A DNA stretch of 64,000 nucleotides from NCBI GenBank assembly GCA_050248855.1, contig JBFWRP010000023.1, positions 1-64,000 on the forward strand. Reading direction: 5' to 3'. Below, piece after piece: positions 1-8,598 of the stretch (positions within the stretch are counted from its first letter, which is position 1; each line of letters starts with the position of its first letter). The position numbers were made by a program, and so were the translations under genes. The stretch comes from Planctomycetota bacterium. GTDB lineage: Bacteria; Planctomycetota; PLA2; JAEUHO01. The notes below the pieces were generated by a model, which had not been told where the DNA came from, made no database searches, and was given only the letters and a program-made list of their open reading frames with translations.

Positions 1-150
1 AGCACCGAATCCGCGCGGGAGCGCGGAACAACTGCTCTGCTGCGCATCGAACAAGCTTTCGCTTGCGCGGGCGGAAGATGGCGGAACGAAACAGCCCACC
101 CATGCCGCGAGGGCGGAGCCTGAGCGCACACTCCGCGCGGGAGCGCGGAA
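1..150 (-). repeat. Repeat module E, diverged inverted copy of 515-660; runs off the window start
   Basis: tccgcgcgggagcgcggaac at ~10-29 and ~132-151. The stretch between them (aactgctctgc...gggcggaagatggcggaac...tgccgcgagggcg) is the reverse complement of 515-660. Confidence 0.85.
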
Positions 151-242
151 CGGAAGCGAGAGCGTGGTCCCGCTACGGGCAACGCAAGGCACATCTGAGA
201 CTCGCCCCGTTGACCGAGGCAGCAACGTGGGCAAGGTGCCTG

Positions 243-448
243 CAATGGAAGGTGCCTGGACTCCGGGCTCGGACAGGACAGCCACGCTTCCATGGGAGGG
301 GGTGCCGCGCGCATCGAGACGCGGTACGGAGGCGGGGATTTCTTCCGCAACTTGCCGCCCTGCGCTTCGGCATGCGGAAGTGCCCATCGGCAAGTTGCGG
401 AAGAATTCCCCGCCTCCGTACGGGCTTTGCCGTCGGCATGAAGAACTG
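243..448 (+). mobile_element. 206-bp palindromic non-autonomous element (module A), copy 1
   Basis: Same-length copies at 13115-13320 (minus) and 44770-44975. 34-bp stem 324-357/388-421 with one mismatch. Sits inside gcaacgtgggcaaggtgcctg|acacgcagggg, which is uninterrupted at 44697-44728 and 45156-45187. Confidence 0.8.
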
Positions 449-514
449 ACACGCAGGGGGCGCGGTCGACGGCGAGCGGGCGTTGTAGTTCGGCGTCTGG
501 TCGCTACACGCTCA

Positions 515-697
515 TTCCGCGCTCCCGCGCGGACTCGGCGCTCGGGCTACGCCCTCGCGGCAGGGGGGCCATTCCGTTCCGCCATCTTCCGCCCGTGCAA
601 GGGGAAACCCGCTCGAAGCGCCGCAGAGCAGTTGTTCCGCGCTCCCGCGCGGACTCGGCGCTCGGGCTACGCCCTCGCGGCAGGAGGGCTATTCCGT
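515..697 (+). repeat. Repeat module E, tandem copies with a 120-bp period
   Basis: Identical 50-mer ttccgcgctcccgcgcggactcggcgctcgggctacgccctcgcggcagg at 515-564 and 635-684. Confidence 0.9.
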
Positions 698-778
698 ACC
701 CCTCCTGCACCTCTCACGGTCCCCCCTGCACCCCTCACGGGGGGCGCGGTGCGACGGCCGGCGAACGTCGCACTACGA

Positions 779-1726
779 CTACACGTCGAGCTGGGCGAGG
801 ACCTTGTTGATGGCGCGCGCGTTCTGCATGACGTACCAGTGCAACGAGGGGACGCCGGCGTCGAGCAGCTCGCGCGCCTGGTTCACGGCCCACTCCACGC
901 CGACGTCCTCGACACGCGCATCGGGGGCAGCCGCGATCGCGTCGGCCAGGGCGACGGGAATGTCGCAGTGGAACACGCTGGGGATGGCGCGCAGCTGGCT
1001 GCGGCGCGTCAGGATCTTGAGGCCGGGGACGATGGGCACGTCCACGCCGGCGTCCCGGCAGGCCTGGACGAACGCCAGGTAGTGGCGATTGTCGAAGAAC
1101 ATCTGCGTGACGATGTAGTGGGCCCCGGCGTCGACCTTGGCCTTGACCCAGCGCACGTCGGTCTCGAGGTTGGGCGCCTCGAAGTGCTTCTCGGGGTAGC
1201 CCGCCGCCCCGATGCAGAAGTCCGTCGGGTCGGCGTCCAGCAAGTCCTGCAGGTACACGCCCCTGTTCATGGCCGCGATCTGCGCGATCAGGTCGCTGGC
1301 GTGGTCGTTGCGCGAGCGGCCGTGGTCCAGGCGCTTCTTGTAGCCGCTGTCGTCGCCGCGGATGGCCAGGACGTTGTCGATGCCGAGGTAGCGCAGCTCG
1401 ATGAGGAAGTCCTCGGTCTCCTCGCGGGTGAACCCCTCGCAGAGCACGTGCGGCACGGCGTCGATGCCGTACTTGTTCTGGATGAGGGCGCAGACGCCGA
1501 GCGTCCCCGGTCGCTTGCGCTTGACACGGCGCTCGATGCCGCGGTTGGTCTCCTCGTAGACGATCTGGGCCGCGTGGCTCGTGATGTCGATGAACGGCGG
1601 CTCGTGCCGCGCGAGGTCCTCGATCAGCTTGAGCAGCTCGCGGAGATTGCCCCCCCGCAGCGGGGGAATGATCTCGAAGCTGATGAGCGGCCCCTCGGCG
1701 TGCTCCAGATGCTCGGTGACGCGCAT
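779..1726 (-). CDS. metF: 5,10-methylenetetrahydrofolate reductase
   Basis: ISFEIIPP, VPHVLC, VLAIRGD, AGYPEKHFEAP, KVDAGAHYIVTQMFFD motifs; GAGGAG RBS. Confidence 0.93.
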   Translation of the reverse strand: MRVTEHLEHAEGPLISFEIIPPLRGGNLRELLKLIEDLARHEPPFIDITSHAAQIVYEETNRGIERRVKRKRPGTLGVCALIQNKYGIDAVPHVLCEGFTREETEDFLIELRYLGIDNVLAIRGDDSGYKKRLDHGRSRNDHASDLIAQIAAMNRGVYLQDLLDADPTDFCIGAAGYPEKHFEAPNLETDVRWVKAKVDAGAHYIVTQMFFDNRHYLAFVQACRDAGVDVPIVPGLKILTRRSQLRAIPSVFHCDIPVALADAIAAAPDARVEDVGVEWAVNQARELLDAGVPSLHWYVMQNARAINKVLAQLDV

Positions 1727-1855
1727 GGATCTCCTCGGGACGCCCCGGCGGGCGCCCCCCTCCAGAAGGGCCCCGATCCTGCCAGCAAGGGCCCCCGCCG
1801 TCCTCCCCCTCGCGTGTCATGGACCGGGGCGCCGCGGAAGCGCTCGGGAGGCCGT

Positions 1856-2224
1856 ATGACGTGGATGTTCGTGGGACTCGGGGGGGCCGTCGGGGCCATC
1901 GCGCGCCACGCGCTCGGCGGCGTGCTCGGCCGGCGCTTCGCCGACATCCCCGTGCCACTCGGCACCCTCGCCGTGAACCTGCTCGGTTGCCTGCTCGTGG
2001 GTCTGGTCGCCGCGCGACTGGCCCCGTCGGTCCATGCACGCGCCTGGGGGCTGCTCGTGACCGGGTTCCTCGGCGGCTTCACGACGTTCTCGGCCTTCGG
2101 GCTCGAGCACGTGCACCTGCTGCAACGGGGCCTGCCGGCCGTGGCGCTGCTCCACGCCGCGCTGCACGTGCTCGGCGGTTTCGCCGCCGCGTGGGCCGGC
2201 TTCCTGATCGCGCGGCCGCGCTGA
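1856..2224 (+). CDS. crcB: Fluoride channel FluC/CrcB (122 aa)
   Basis: GLGGAVGAIARH, PLGTLAVNLLGC, TGFLGGFTTFSAF; GGGAGG RBS. This is the C-terminal part of track ORF 164..2224. Confidence 0.93.
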   Translation: MTWMFVGLGGAVGAIARHALGGVLGRRFADIPVPLGTLAVNLLGCLLVGLVAARLAPSVHARAWGLLVTGFLGGFTTFSAFGLEHVHLLQRGLPAVALLHAALHVLGGFAAAWAGFLIARPR

Positions 2225-2311
2225 GAGGCTGAGCAGGGATGCAGGCTCAGCCTCTCAGGTGCCTGATGGCGCGGCCTGCCAAGGCAGGCCGACGCTCGAG
2301 CCTGAGACTTC
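2221..2311 (+). repeat. Repeat module B copy 1 (two hairpins), starting on the crcB stop codon
   Basis: ctgagaggctgagc...gctcagcctctcag hairpin, then gtgcctgatggcgc, then palindrome ggcctgccaaggcaggcc. Repeated at 12919-13010 and 13024-13112. Confidence 0.9.
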
Positions 2312-2536
2312 TCCTCGGGCTCTGAGCGGGTCTCAGCCTCGGTTGGCGTTCAGGCCTGGGCTGGGGGCCGGAGCACCGCTTCGTCGTCCTGGCGTGGTCA
2401 ACCAGGCGGCGTCCTCCTCATCGGCACCCGGCCTCCCATCCAGGCCCGAACGCACGAGCCCCGCCTCCCCCGGCCGTCAAAGTCCTGTCGACGCCGCTCT
2501 GAGCGGAGAGCGACCTCCACTCATCGGGTCGCCAGG

Positions 2537-2629
2537 GCGACGGTAGCGCGCCAGCATCGGCGACGACTCGTGGTCTGTTCACTCGAGGAGCCGATGCTGG
2601 TGCGGGACCGAGCATCTGGCGAGCCGCAC
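2537..2629 (+). repeat. Repeat module C copy 1
   Basis: gcgacggtagcg..ccagcatcggc...gccgatgctggtgc...gaccgagcatc..gcgagccgcac; second copy at 24749-24873. Confidence 0.85.
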
Positions 2630-2653
2630 ATCCGCACCTGAGGGGCTGAACGC

Positions 2654-2935
2654 TTACCAGCCTCGCGGGGCGCCCTGGGCCGTGCGCGACGCGGGCGTAG
2701 GCGTGACCCCCATGGAGCGCGCGTGGAACAGCATCACGTGCGCGCAGGTCCCGCAGCGCAACCGGACGAGACCCGAGTGGTCGTCGAGCGCGCCGAGCCT
2801 GAGCGGTGCGGGGGTGGGCACCAGCTGGTAGAGGGAGCGACCGATCCTCAGGTCGTTCCCGCGGCACACGGGGCACGTCTCACCGACCCCCCGTTCGTGG
2901 AGCCACCTTCGGACGCGTTCCACGTCGATCATCAC
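2654..2935 (-). CDS. Small hypothetical zinc-ribbon protein
   Basis: CPVC...CGTC cysteine pairs; GGAGG upstream of GTG/ATG. Confidence 0.65.
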   Translation of the reverse strand: MMIDVERVRRWLHERGVGETCPVCRGNDLRIGRSLYQLVPTPAPLRLGALDDHSGLVRLRCGTCAHVMLFHARSMGVTPTPASRTAQGAPRGW

Positions 2936-3039
2936 GACCTCCGCCCCGCAGCATAGCGCCAGGAGGACGGGGCCGGGACGCTGGCCCCTGGAACGCCATC
3001 GCCCCCCGCGTGCGGGCCCCCTGGACCTGCTGGACCCGC

Positions 3040-3462
3040 CTACCGCCCGTGGCGCGGACGGCGCGGCGGCTCTTCCGCCGGCGGATCCTTGTCATCCTGC
3101 GGCACGGGGCGCGGACGGCCGCGGTGGTCGATGGCGACCATCACGACGTCCGCCTCCGTGCAAAGCCGCACCTCGCCCGTGTCCATGTCCTCGCCCTTCA
3201 TCGTGACGTGGATGTGCAGGGACGATCGGCCGATGCGATCCAAGCGCGCGTGCACCTGGACCGCTTCGCCTTCCCAGACGGGTGCCTTGAAGTCGATCGA
3301 GGCGATGTGGACCGTCACGACCGGCCCGCGGGCGACGCGTGTGGCCAGGATCGCAGCCGCCTCGTCCATCAAGCTCATCGCCACGCCGCCGAAGAGACTG
3401 CCGTGACGGTTGGTCTGCCCCGGCATCACGAGGCGCGTGAGGAGGACGTCGGCGCTGCGCAT
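3040..3462 (-). CDS. Acyl-CoA thioesterase (hotdog fold, YciA-like)
   Basis: VMPGQTNRHGSLFGGVAMSLMDEAA, VVTVHIASIDFKAPV, VMVAIDHRGRPRPVP. Start placed at MRSADV. Confidence 0.9.
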   Translation of the reverse strand: MRSADVLLTRLVMPGQTNRHGSLFGGVAMSLMDEAAAILATRVARGPVVTVHIASIDFKAPVWEGEAVQVHARLDRIGRSSLHIHVTMKGEDMDTGEVRLCTEADVVMVAIDHRGRPRPVPQDDKDPPAEEPPRRPRHGR

Positions 3463-3579
3463 CGCGACGTTGTACCCCGCGCCACGCATGGCGGTGCCTC
3501 CGCGGGGGCGCCGCCTACCCGTGCTGGCCCTCCCTGCCTGCGCAGGGGACGATGGGGCGACATCCTCGAAGGAGCCCAC

Positions 3580-3918
3580 ATGACCACGCCCCACGCCTCC
3601 CCCACCCGCGGTCGCGCCGCCCTGGTGGCCGTCGTGACCCTGGCCCTCGTCGGCACGGCGCTGGCGTTCGCGTTCGGTGCACGGGCCGAAGACCGTCCCC
3701 CCGCGCGCGAGACGGACATCCGCTACCTGGCCGTCACCGGCGACGGCCCCACCGCACGTGCCTGGTTCGACGGCGCGCCGCCCAACGGCACGCCCGTCCA
3801 AGAGGCGCTCGACACGTTCGCCCAGCAGGGCTTCCGCGTGTCGCAGGTCACGCAGAGCCTGATCGTCAGCAGCAACGAGGCCTCGCGCTGGACGATCCTC
3901 TTGCAGCGCTCGAAGTAG
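3580..3918 (+). CDS. Secreted hypothetical protein (112 aa)
   Basis: AAGGAG RBS; signal peptide ending ARA-ED; C-terminal LDTFAQQGFRV...WTILLQR pattern. Confidence 0.7.
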   Translation: MTTPHASPTRGRAALVAVVTLALVGTALAFAFGARAEDRPPARETDIRYLAVTGDGPTARAWFDGAPPNGTPVQEALDTFAQQGFRVSQVTQSLIVSSNEASRWTILLQRSK

Positions 3919-3949
3919 GACGCGACCCCGAATGTCGGCCGCCTGGCCG

Positions 3950-4936
3950 TCAGGCAGGAGGCGGTCGGTACCCCTGCGGTGTCCATGAGCGCCCGACGAC
4001 GCCCAGCACGCGCGCGGCGATGAAGAGCCACGCGACGCTTGCCACCCGCACCAGGACCGTTGCCACGATCGCGACGAGCAGGGGTGTGTCGGAAGGCGCC
4101 GACATCCGGTAGATGAGCTCGTCGGCGAAGATCAGGCCGATCCAGCCTGTCGTGGCCCAGGCGAGCTCGCCGGGGCGGTGGACCCACCACGCCAGGGCCA
4201 CATGCGGCCAGAGCATCCTGCGATCGTGCAGGGCCCACCCCAGCAGGGCCGTGGTCGACCACGCCAGGGTCAGGGAGGCCACGAGCCAGCCGGCCTCGCG
4301 CGGCAGGAGCCAGAGCGCCACCAGCATGGGCAGGAGCAGTCCCGCCGGAGCGAAGGCCAAGATCGCGGCCCCGGCCGCCGACGACGGAGCGCCGCGACCG
4401 ATGTCCTGCGCCTTCTCGTAACCGCGCGCGGAGTCGCTGCCCGCCGCGATCTGGCCCACCAACGTGATCCAGCCGCGCAGGACGAACAGGGCGACGAACA
4501 AGCCCTGCAGGAACCAGCTGAACCCGACGAAGCCGATCAGCGCGATGACGTCCGTCACGAGGAGGACCCCCGCCACGACGATCACGTTGGCGCCCACGTC
4601 GGACCGTAGCACCCACCGGAAGACCTCGCGGGGCCAGCCCGGTGGCCGCGGCAGGGGGTCGTTCGTTTGCGCCGGGGCGCGCCCCTGACGCTCAGCGACC
4701 GTCACTTCGGAGATGTCGGGCTCGGGCGCGCCGTCGTCGCTGACGCGGCGCGAGCGCGTGCGGGTCTGCGTACGCGGGGGCTCCCCGGCGTCGTCCGGCT
4801 CGTCGGGTCCGAGATCCGGCAGCGCCGGCGCGGGCGGCGGCGGGGTCTCGGGCTCGAGGTCGAAGGTGAAGGGGCGATCGTCGGCGCCAGGCCCCGACGT
4901 GGAGCCGCCCGGATCCTTCGGCACCTCGCCCACCAC
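3950..4936 (-). CDS. Hypothetical multi-pass membrane protein with acidic/Pro-rich N-terminus
   Basis: About 6-7 hydrophobic segments; starts 5 nt after the smc stop. Confidence 0.7.
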   Translation of the reverse strand: MVGEVPKDPGGSTSGPGADDRPFTFDLEPETPPPPAPALPDLGPDEPDDAGEPPRTQTRTRSRRVSDDGAPEPDISEVTVAERQGRAPAQTNDPLPRPPGWPREVFRWVLRSDVGANVIVVAGVLLVTDVIALIGFVGFSWFLQGLFVALFVLRGWITLVGQIAAGSDSARGYEKAQDIGRGAPSSAAGAAILAFAPAGLLLPMLVALWLLPREAGWLVASLTLAWSTTALLGWALHDRRMLWPHVALAWWVHRPGELAWATTGWIGLIFADELIYRMSAPSDTPLLVAIVATVLVRVASVAWLFIAARVLGVVGRSWTPQGYRPPPA

Positions 4937-4941
4937 CGGGT

Positions 4942-7900
4942 CTACCCCGCAGCCGCCGCGGGCGTGGGCGCCTGCGCGTACTCGGTGAGCCGCACGGCGA
5001 CCTTCTTGCTGACGCCCGGCTCTTCCATCGTGACGCCGTAGAGCAAGTCGGCCGCTTCCATCGTGCTCTTGGCGTGCGTGATGATGATGAACTGGCAGCG
5101 GTCGGTGAACTCGCGCACGAGGCCCAGGAGCCGCCGCACGTTGGCCTCGTCCAGCGCGGCATCGACCTCGTCGAGCAGCGCAAACGGGCTGGGCTTGGCC
5201 TGGAACACGGCGAACAGGAGGGCCGTGGCCGTCAGCGTGCGCTCGCCGCCGGAGAGCAGGGAGATCGTGCGCTGCTCCTTGCCCGGGGGCCGGGCCACGA
5301 TCTCGATGCCGCTCTCGAGCAGGTTCGAGGCGTCTTCCAACATGACGTCGGCCCGCCCGCCTCCGAACAGCCTGCGGAAGGTGTTGCGGAAGTTCTCGCG
5401 GATCTGCTCGAAGGTGGCCCCGAAGCGTTCGGTCGTGATGCGGTCCAGCTCCTGGATGGCCTGGCCCAAGTCGCCGCTGGCCGTGATCAGGTCGTGCTCC
5501 TGCTCCTTCAGGCCGTTGACGTGGGCCTCCACCTCGGCGAGCTCGTCGAGCGCATTGAGGTTGACGTTGCCGAGCGCCTCGAGGCGCCGCTGGAGCGACT
5601 CGACCTCTTCGGTCATCGCCGCGACGTCGAGGGCTTCCCCGAGCTCGGTCGCCCGTGCGACTTCCGCGAGGTCGAGGCCGTGGTCCTGGCGCACCTGGTC
5701 CAGCAGGACCTCGACACGGGCACGCAGCTCGGCTTCGCGTGCGCGGAAGCCGGAGAGCTCGTCACGCAGCCGCTCGTGCAAGGCCTGCACCTCGCGACGT
5801 CGCGCCACCGCGGCGTGGGCCACGCGCTCGAGGTCGGTCAGCGTCGCACGCGCCTTCACGAGCTCTTCGCCGGCCACGCCGCGCGCACTCTCGCGCGTCT
5901 TGGCCAGGCTCTCGGCCTCCGTGGCCTCGACCTCGGCCTCGGCCAGACGCCGGTCCAGGACCTCACGCTCGCGCGCGTGGCCGGCCAGTCGCTCGTCGAG
6001 CGCCGCGATCTCCTCGCGCACCCGCACGACGCGTCGTGCCGCGGCCTCGCTCTTGGCCTTGGTCTCGGCGAGTGCGAGCAGCAGGTTCATGCGGCGCTCG
6101 CCCGCCTCGCGGCGCCGGGCCTCGACGGCCGCGTAGCCGCGAGCGGCCTCCTCGGCGCGCTCCTCCAGCGTGGCGCGCTCGGCCTCCAGCACTTCGGCGG
6201 CGCGGGCCTTCTCCGCCCGCAGGCCCTCGGCCTCCCGAGCGGCGCCAGCCAGCTCGGCGACCTCGGCGGCGAGCACCTCGATGGTCTCGGCCTGCAGCGC
6301 CCGCTCGCGCTCCACGCGGGCCAGCGCCTCGCCCCGGCGCTGCCGATCCTCGCTGCGCTGCTGCAGCTCGCGCCGCAGGCGGCGGATCTGCTCGTCGGCC
6401 TCGCCGACGGCGAGCTCCGCGGCCTGCGCGTCGTTGCTGGCGTCGTGGTGCTCCGTCTCGAACGCGGCGATCTGCTGCCGCAGCGAGCGGATCTCCGCGC
6501 CGCGCTCCACCAAGCCGAGCACGACCGCGGTCCGGCCCCCCAGGACGGCGCCGCTGTCGGTCACGCGATCGCCGGTGGACGTGACGGCGTGGCGACCCTG
6601 CACCCGCACGGCTTCCAGCGCGGCCGGCAAGTCGGCGACCAACGCCGTACGTGCCAGCACGCCGCGGACGAGCTCGGCCAGCTCGCCGTCGCACCCCAGG
6701 CGCGCGGCCTCGGGCAGGTCGTCGTGCTGCGGAGCGCGCGGCCGGAGGTCGAGGCACAGGAAGCGCGCAGCCTCGCCCTCGCCGTGCTCGCGCAGCCACG
6801 CCAGCCAGCGCACGGCGTCGGCCGTCGAGCGCGCCAGCAGCGCGCCGGCCGCCTGCCCCAGGCGCAAGTCCAGCTCCGCAGCGAGCTCGGCGGCCGGCGC
6901 CACGCAGTCGGCCACGAGGCCGAACAGCCCGTCGCGTGCGCCGTCGGCGTCGGGCTCGATCTGCTCGAGCGCGGCCAGGATGCGGCGCGCACCTGCGTCG
7001 GTGCCCTCGCGGGCCGCCGCCATGCGGGCCAACACGTCCAGTCGCGCCGAAGCCGAGGCGCGGCGCTCGGCCGCGCCGGCGCGACGCCGCTTGGCGGCGT
7101 CGGCACGCCCCAGCGCGACCGCGCGTGCCTCCTCCGCGGCCTCCAAGGACGCTGCCTGCTGGCGCGCGGCCTCGTCGAGGCTGGCCGTGAGCGCGAGCAG
7201 CTCGCGCGCCTCGGCCTCGACGCGGCCGGCGCGCACGAGCATCTCCGCACGCTGCTCTTCCAAGCGACGCCGGCGCTCCTCGGCTTGCCGCGCCTCGGTA
7301 CGGTGCGTCGCCTCGTCGTTGCGCAGCTCGCCCAGACGGCCGAGTGCGTCAAGCGCTTCACGCTTGGCGCCGTCGTGCGCGTCGCGGATGGTCGCGGCCT
7401 CGCGGTCGAGCTCGACCAAGTCCGCTTCGGCGGAACGAACGCGATCGGCATCGACGTCCATGCGCCCACGGGCCTCGTCGGCGGCGGTCTCGAGCGACGT
7501 GATCTCGCCCGCGAGCGTCTCGCGGCGCGCGCCGTCGGCCTCGGTCTGCCGGGCAAGCAGCGCGCGGCGCTCCACGAGCTGCTCGGCGTCACGCTGCGCG
7601 TAGGCCACGCGATCGCGTGCGGCACGTACGTCCGAGGCCGCCGACGCGATGGCCGCCTCGAGCTCGCGCACGCGCTCGCGCGCGGCGACCAGCTCGGCCT
7701 CGTGCGAATCCGTCGCCTGCTCCAGGCCCGCCAGCTCCTCGGCGGCCGAGGCCTCCCGCTCGCCCACGGCGTTCAGCTGCGCGGCCAGCGCGTCGCGCTC
7801 GCCGGCCACCTCGTGGTAGCGCACCACGGCGCGCTGGACGCGGCGTGCCGCGAGCTCTTCGCGCAGCTCCTGGTACCGGCGCGCCTTGGCCGCCTGGCTC

Positions 7901-8517
7901 TTGAGCGAGCGCAGGCGCTTCTCTTCCAGGTCGAGCACGTCGCGGAGGCGGGCCAGGTTCTCCTGGGTGCGCTGCAGCCGCTGGTCGGCCTCCTTGCGCC
8001 GCTGCTTGTAGCGGCTGACGCCTGCAGCCTCTTCGAAGATGCCGCGACGATCTTGCGGGTTGGCGGCGAGCAGGGCATCGATCTGGCCCTGCTCCATGAT
8101 CGCGTTGCCTTCGGTGCCCACGCCGGTGTCGAGGAACAGCTCGCGGATGTCCTTGAGCCGTGCGCTCTCGCGGTTGATGAGGTACTCGCTCTCGCCACTG
8201 CGGTGCAGGCGACGGGTGAGGCTGACTTCCGTGAGCTCGGTAGGCAGGAGCCCGTCCTCGTTGTCCAGGACCAGCGTGACTTCGGCCATGCCCAGCGGCT
8301 TGCGATGGCGGCTGCCGGCGAAGATGACGTCTTCCATCTTCTTGCCGCGCAGGCTCCGCGGGCTCATGTCGCCCAGCACCCACTTGAGCGCGTCGACGAC
8401 GTTGCTCTTGCCGCAGCCGTTGGGGCCGACGATGGCCGTGATGCCAGCGTCGAACTCGAAGACCATGCGGTCCGCGAACGACTTGAAACCCTGGATCTCG
8501 ATGCGACGGATCTTCAT
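4942..8517 (-). CDS. smc: Chromosome segregation protein SMC
   Basis: Walker A GPNGCGKSN, coiled coils, hinge GX6GX3GG (GDRVTDSGAVLGG), signature LSGGE, Walker B/D-loop LLDEVDAALD. Confidence 0.97.
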   Translation of the reverse strand: MKIRRIEIQGFKSFADRMVFEFDAGITAIVGPNGCGKSNVVDALKWVLGDMSPRSLRGKKMEDVIFAGSRHRKPLGMAEVTLVLDNEDGLLPTELTEVSLTRRLHRSGESEYLINRESARLKDIRELFLDTGVGTEGNAIMEQGQIDALLAANPQDRRGIFEEAAGVSRYKQRRKEADQRLQRTQENLARLRDVLDLEEKRLRSLKSQAAKARRYQELREELAARRVQRAVVRYHEVAGERDALAAQLNAVGEREASAAEELAGLEQATDSHEAELVAARERVRELEAAIASAASDVRAARDRVAYAQRDAEQLVERRALLARQTEADGARRETLAGEITSLETAADEARGRMDVDADRVRSAEADLVELDREAATIRDAHDGAKREALDALGRLGELRNDEATHRTEARQAEERRRRLEEQRAEMLVRAGRVEAEARELLALTASLDEAARQQAASLEAAEEARAVALGRADAAKRRRAGAAERRASASARLDVLARMAAAREGTDAGARRILAALEQIEPDADGARDGLFGLVADCVAPAAELAAELDLRLGQAAGALLARSTADAVRWLAWLREHGEGEAARFLCLDLRPRAPQHDDLPEAARLGCDGELAELVRGVLARTALVADLPAALEAVRVQGRHAVTSTGDRVTDSGAVLGGRTAVVLGLVERGAEIRSLRQQIAAFETEHHDASNDAQAAELAVGEADEQIRRLRRELQQRSEDRQRRGEALARVERERALQAETIEVLAAEVAELAGAAREAEGLRAEKARAAEVLEAERATLEERAEEAARGYAAVEARRREAGERRMNLLLALAETKAKSEAAARRVVRVREEIAALDERLAGHAREREVLDRRLAEAEVEATEAESLAKTRESARGVAGEELVKARATLTDLERVAHAAVARRREVQALHERLRDELSGFRAREAELRARVEVLLDQVRQDHGLDLAEVARATELGEALDVAAMTEEVESLQRRLEALGNVNLNALDELAEVEAHVNGLKEQEHDLITASGDLGQAIQELDRITTERFGATFEQIRENFRNTFRRLFGGGRADVMLEDASNLLESGIEIVARPPGKEQRTISLLSGGERTLTATALLFAVFQAKPSPFALLDEVDAALDEANVRRLLGLVREFTDRCQFIIITHAKSTMEAADLLYGVTMEEPGVSKKVAVRLTEYAQAPTPAAAAG

Positions 8518-8598
8518 CGGGAAGCGACCTCGAGCGACGCCGGCACGGGCCGATCCGTCGCGGGGGCAGTCAAGGGAAACACGCGGTTCACCACGGGT

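Noticed and set aside
63..449. Short ORFs recurring in module A (e.g. MPTAKPVRRRGILPQLADGHF..., MEGAWTPGSDR...)
   Set aside because: They recur only because the DNA repeat recurs; several frames are open, starts and stops differ between copies, and the palindrome explains the sequence.
1727..1855. Fluoride riboswitch before crcB, or SAM/SAH riboswitch before metF
   Set aside because: I could not find the conserved cores on either strand; an Rfam/Infernal scan would be decisive.
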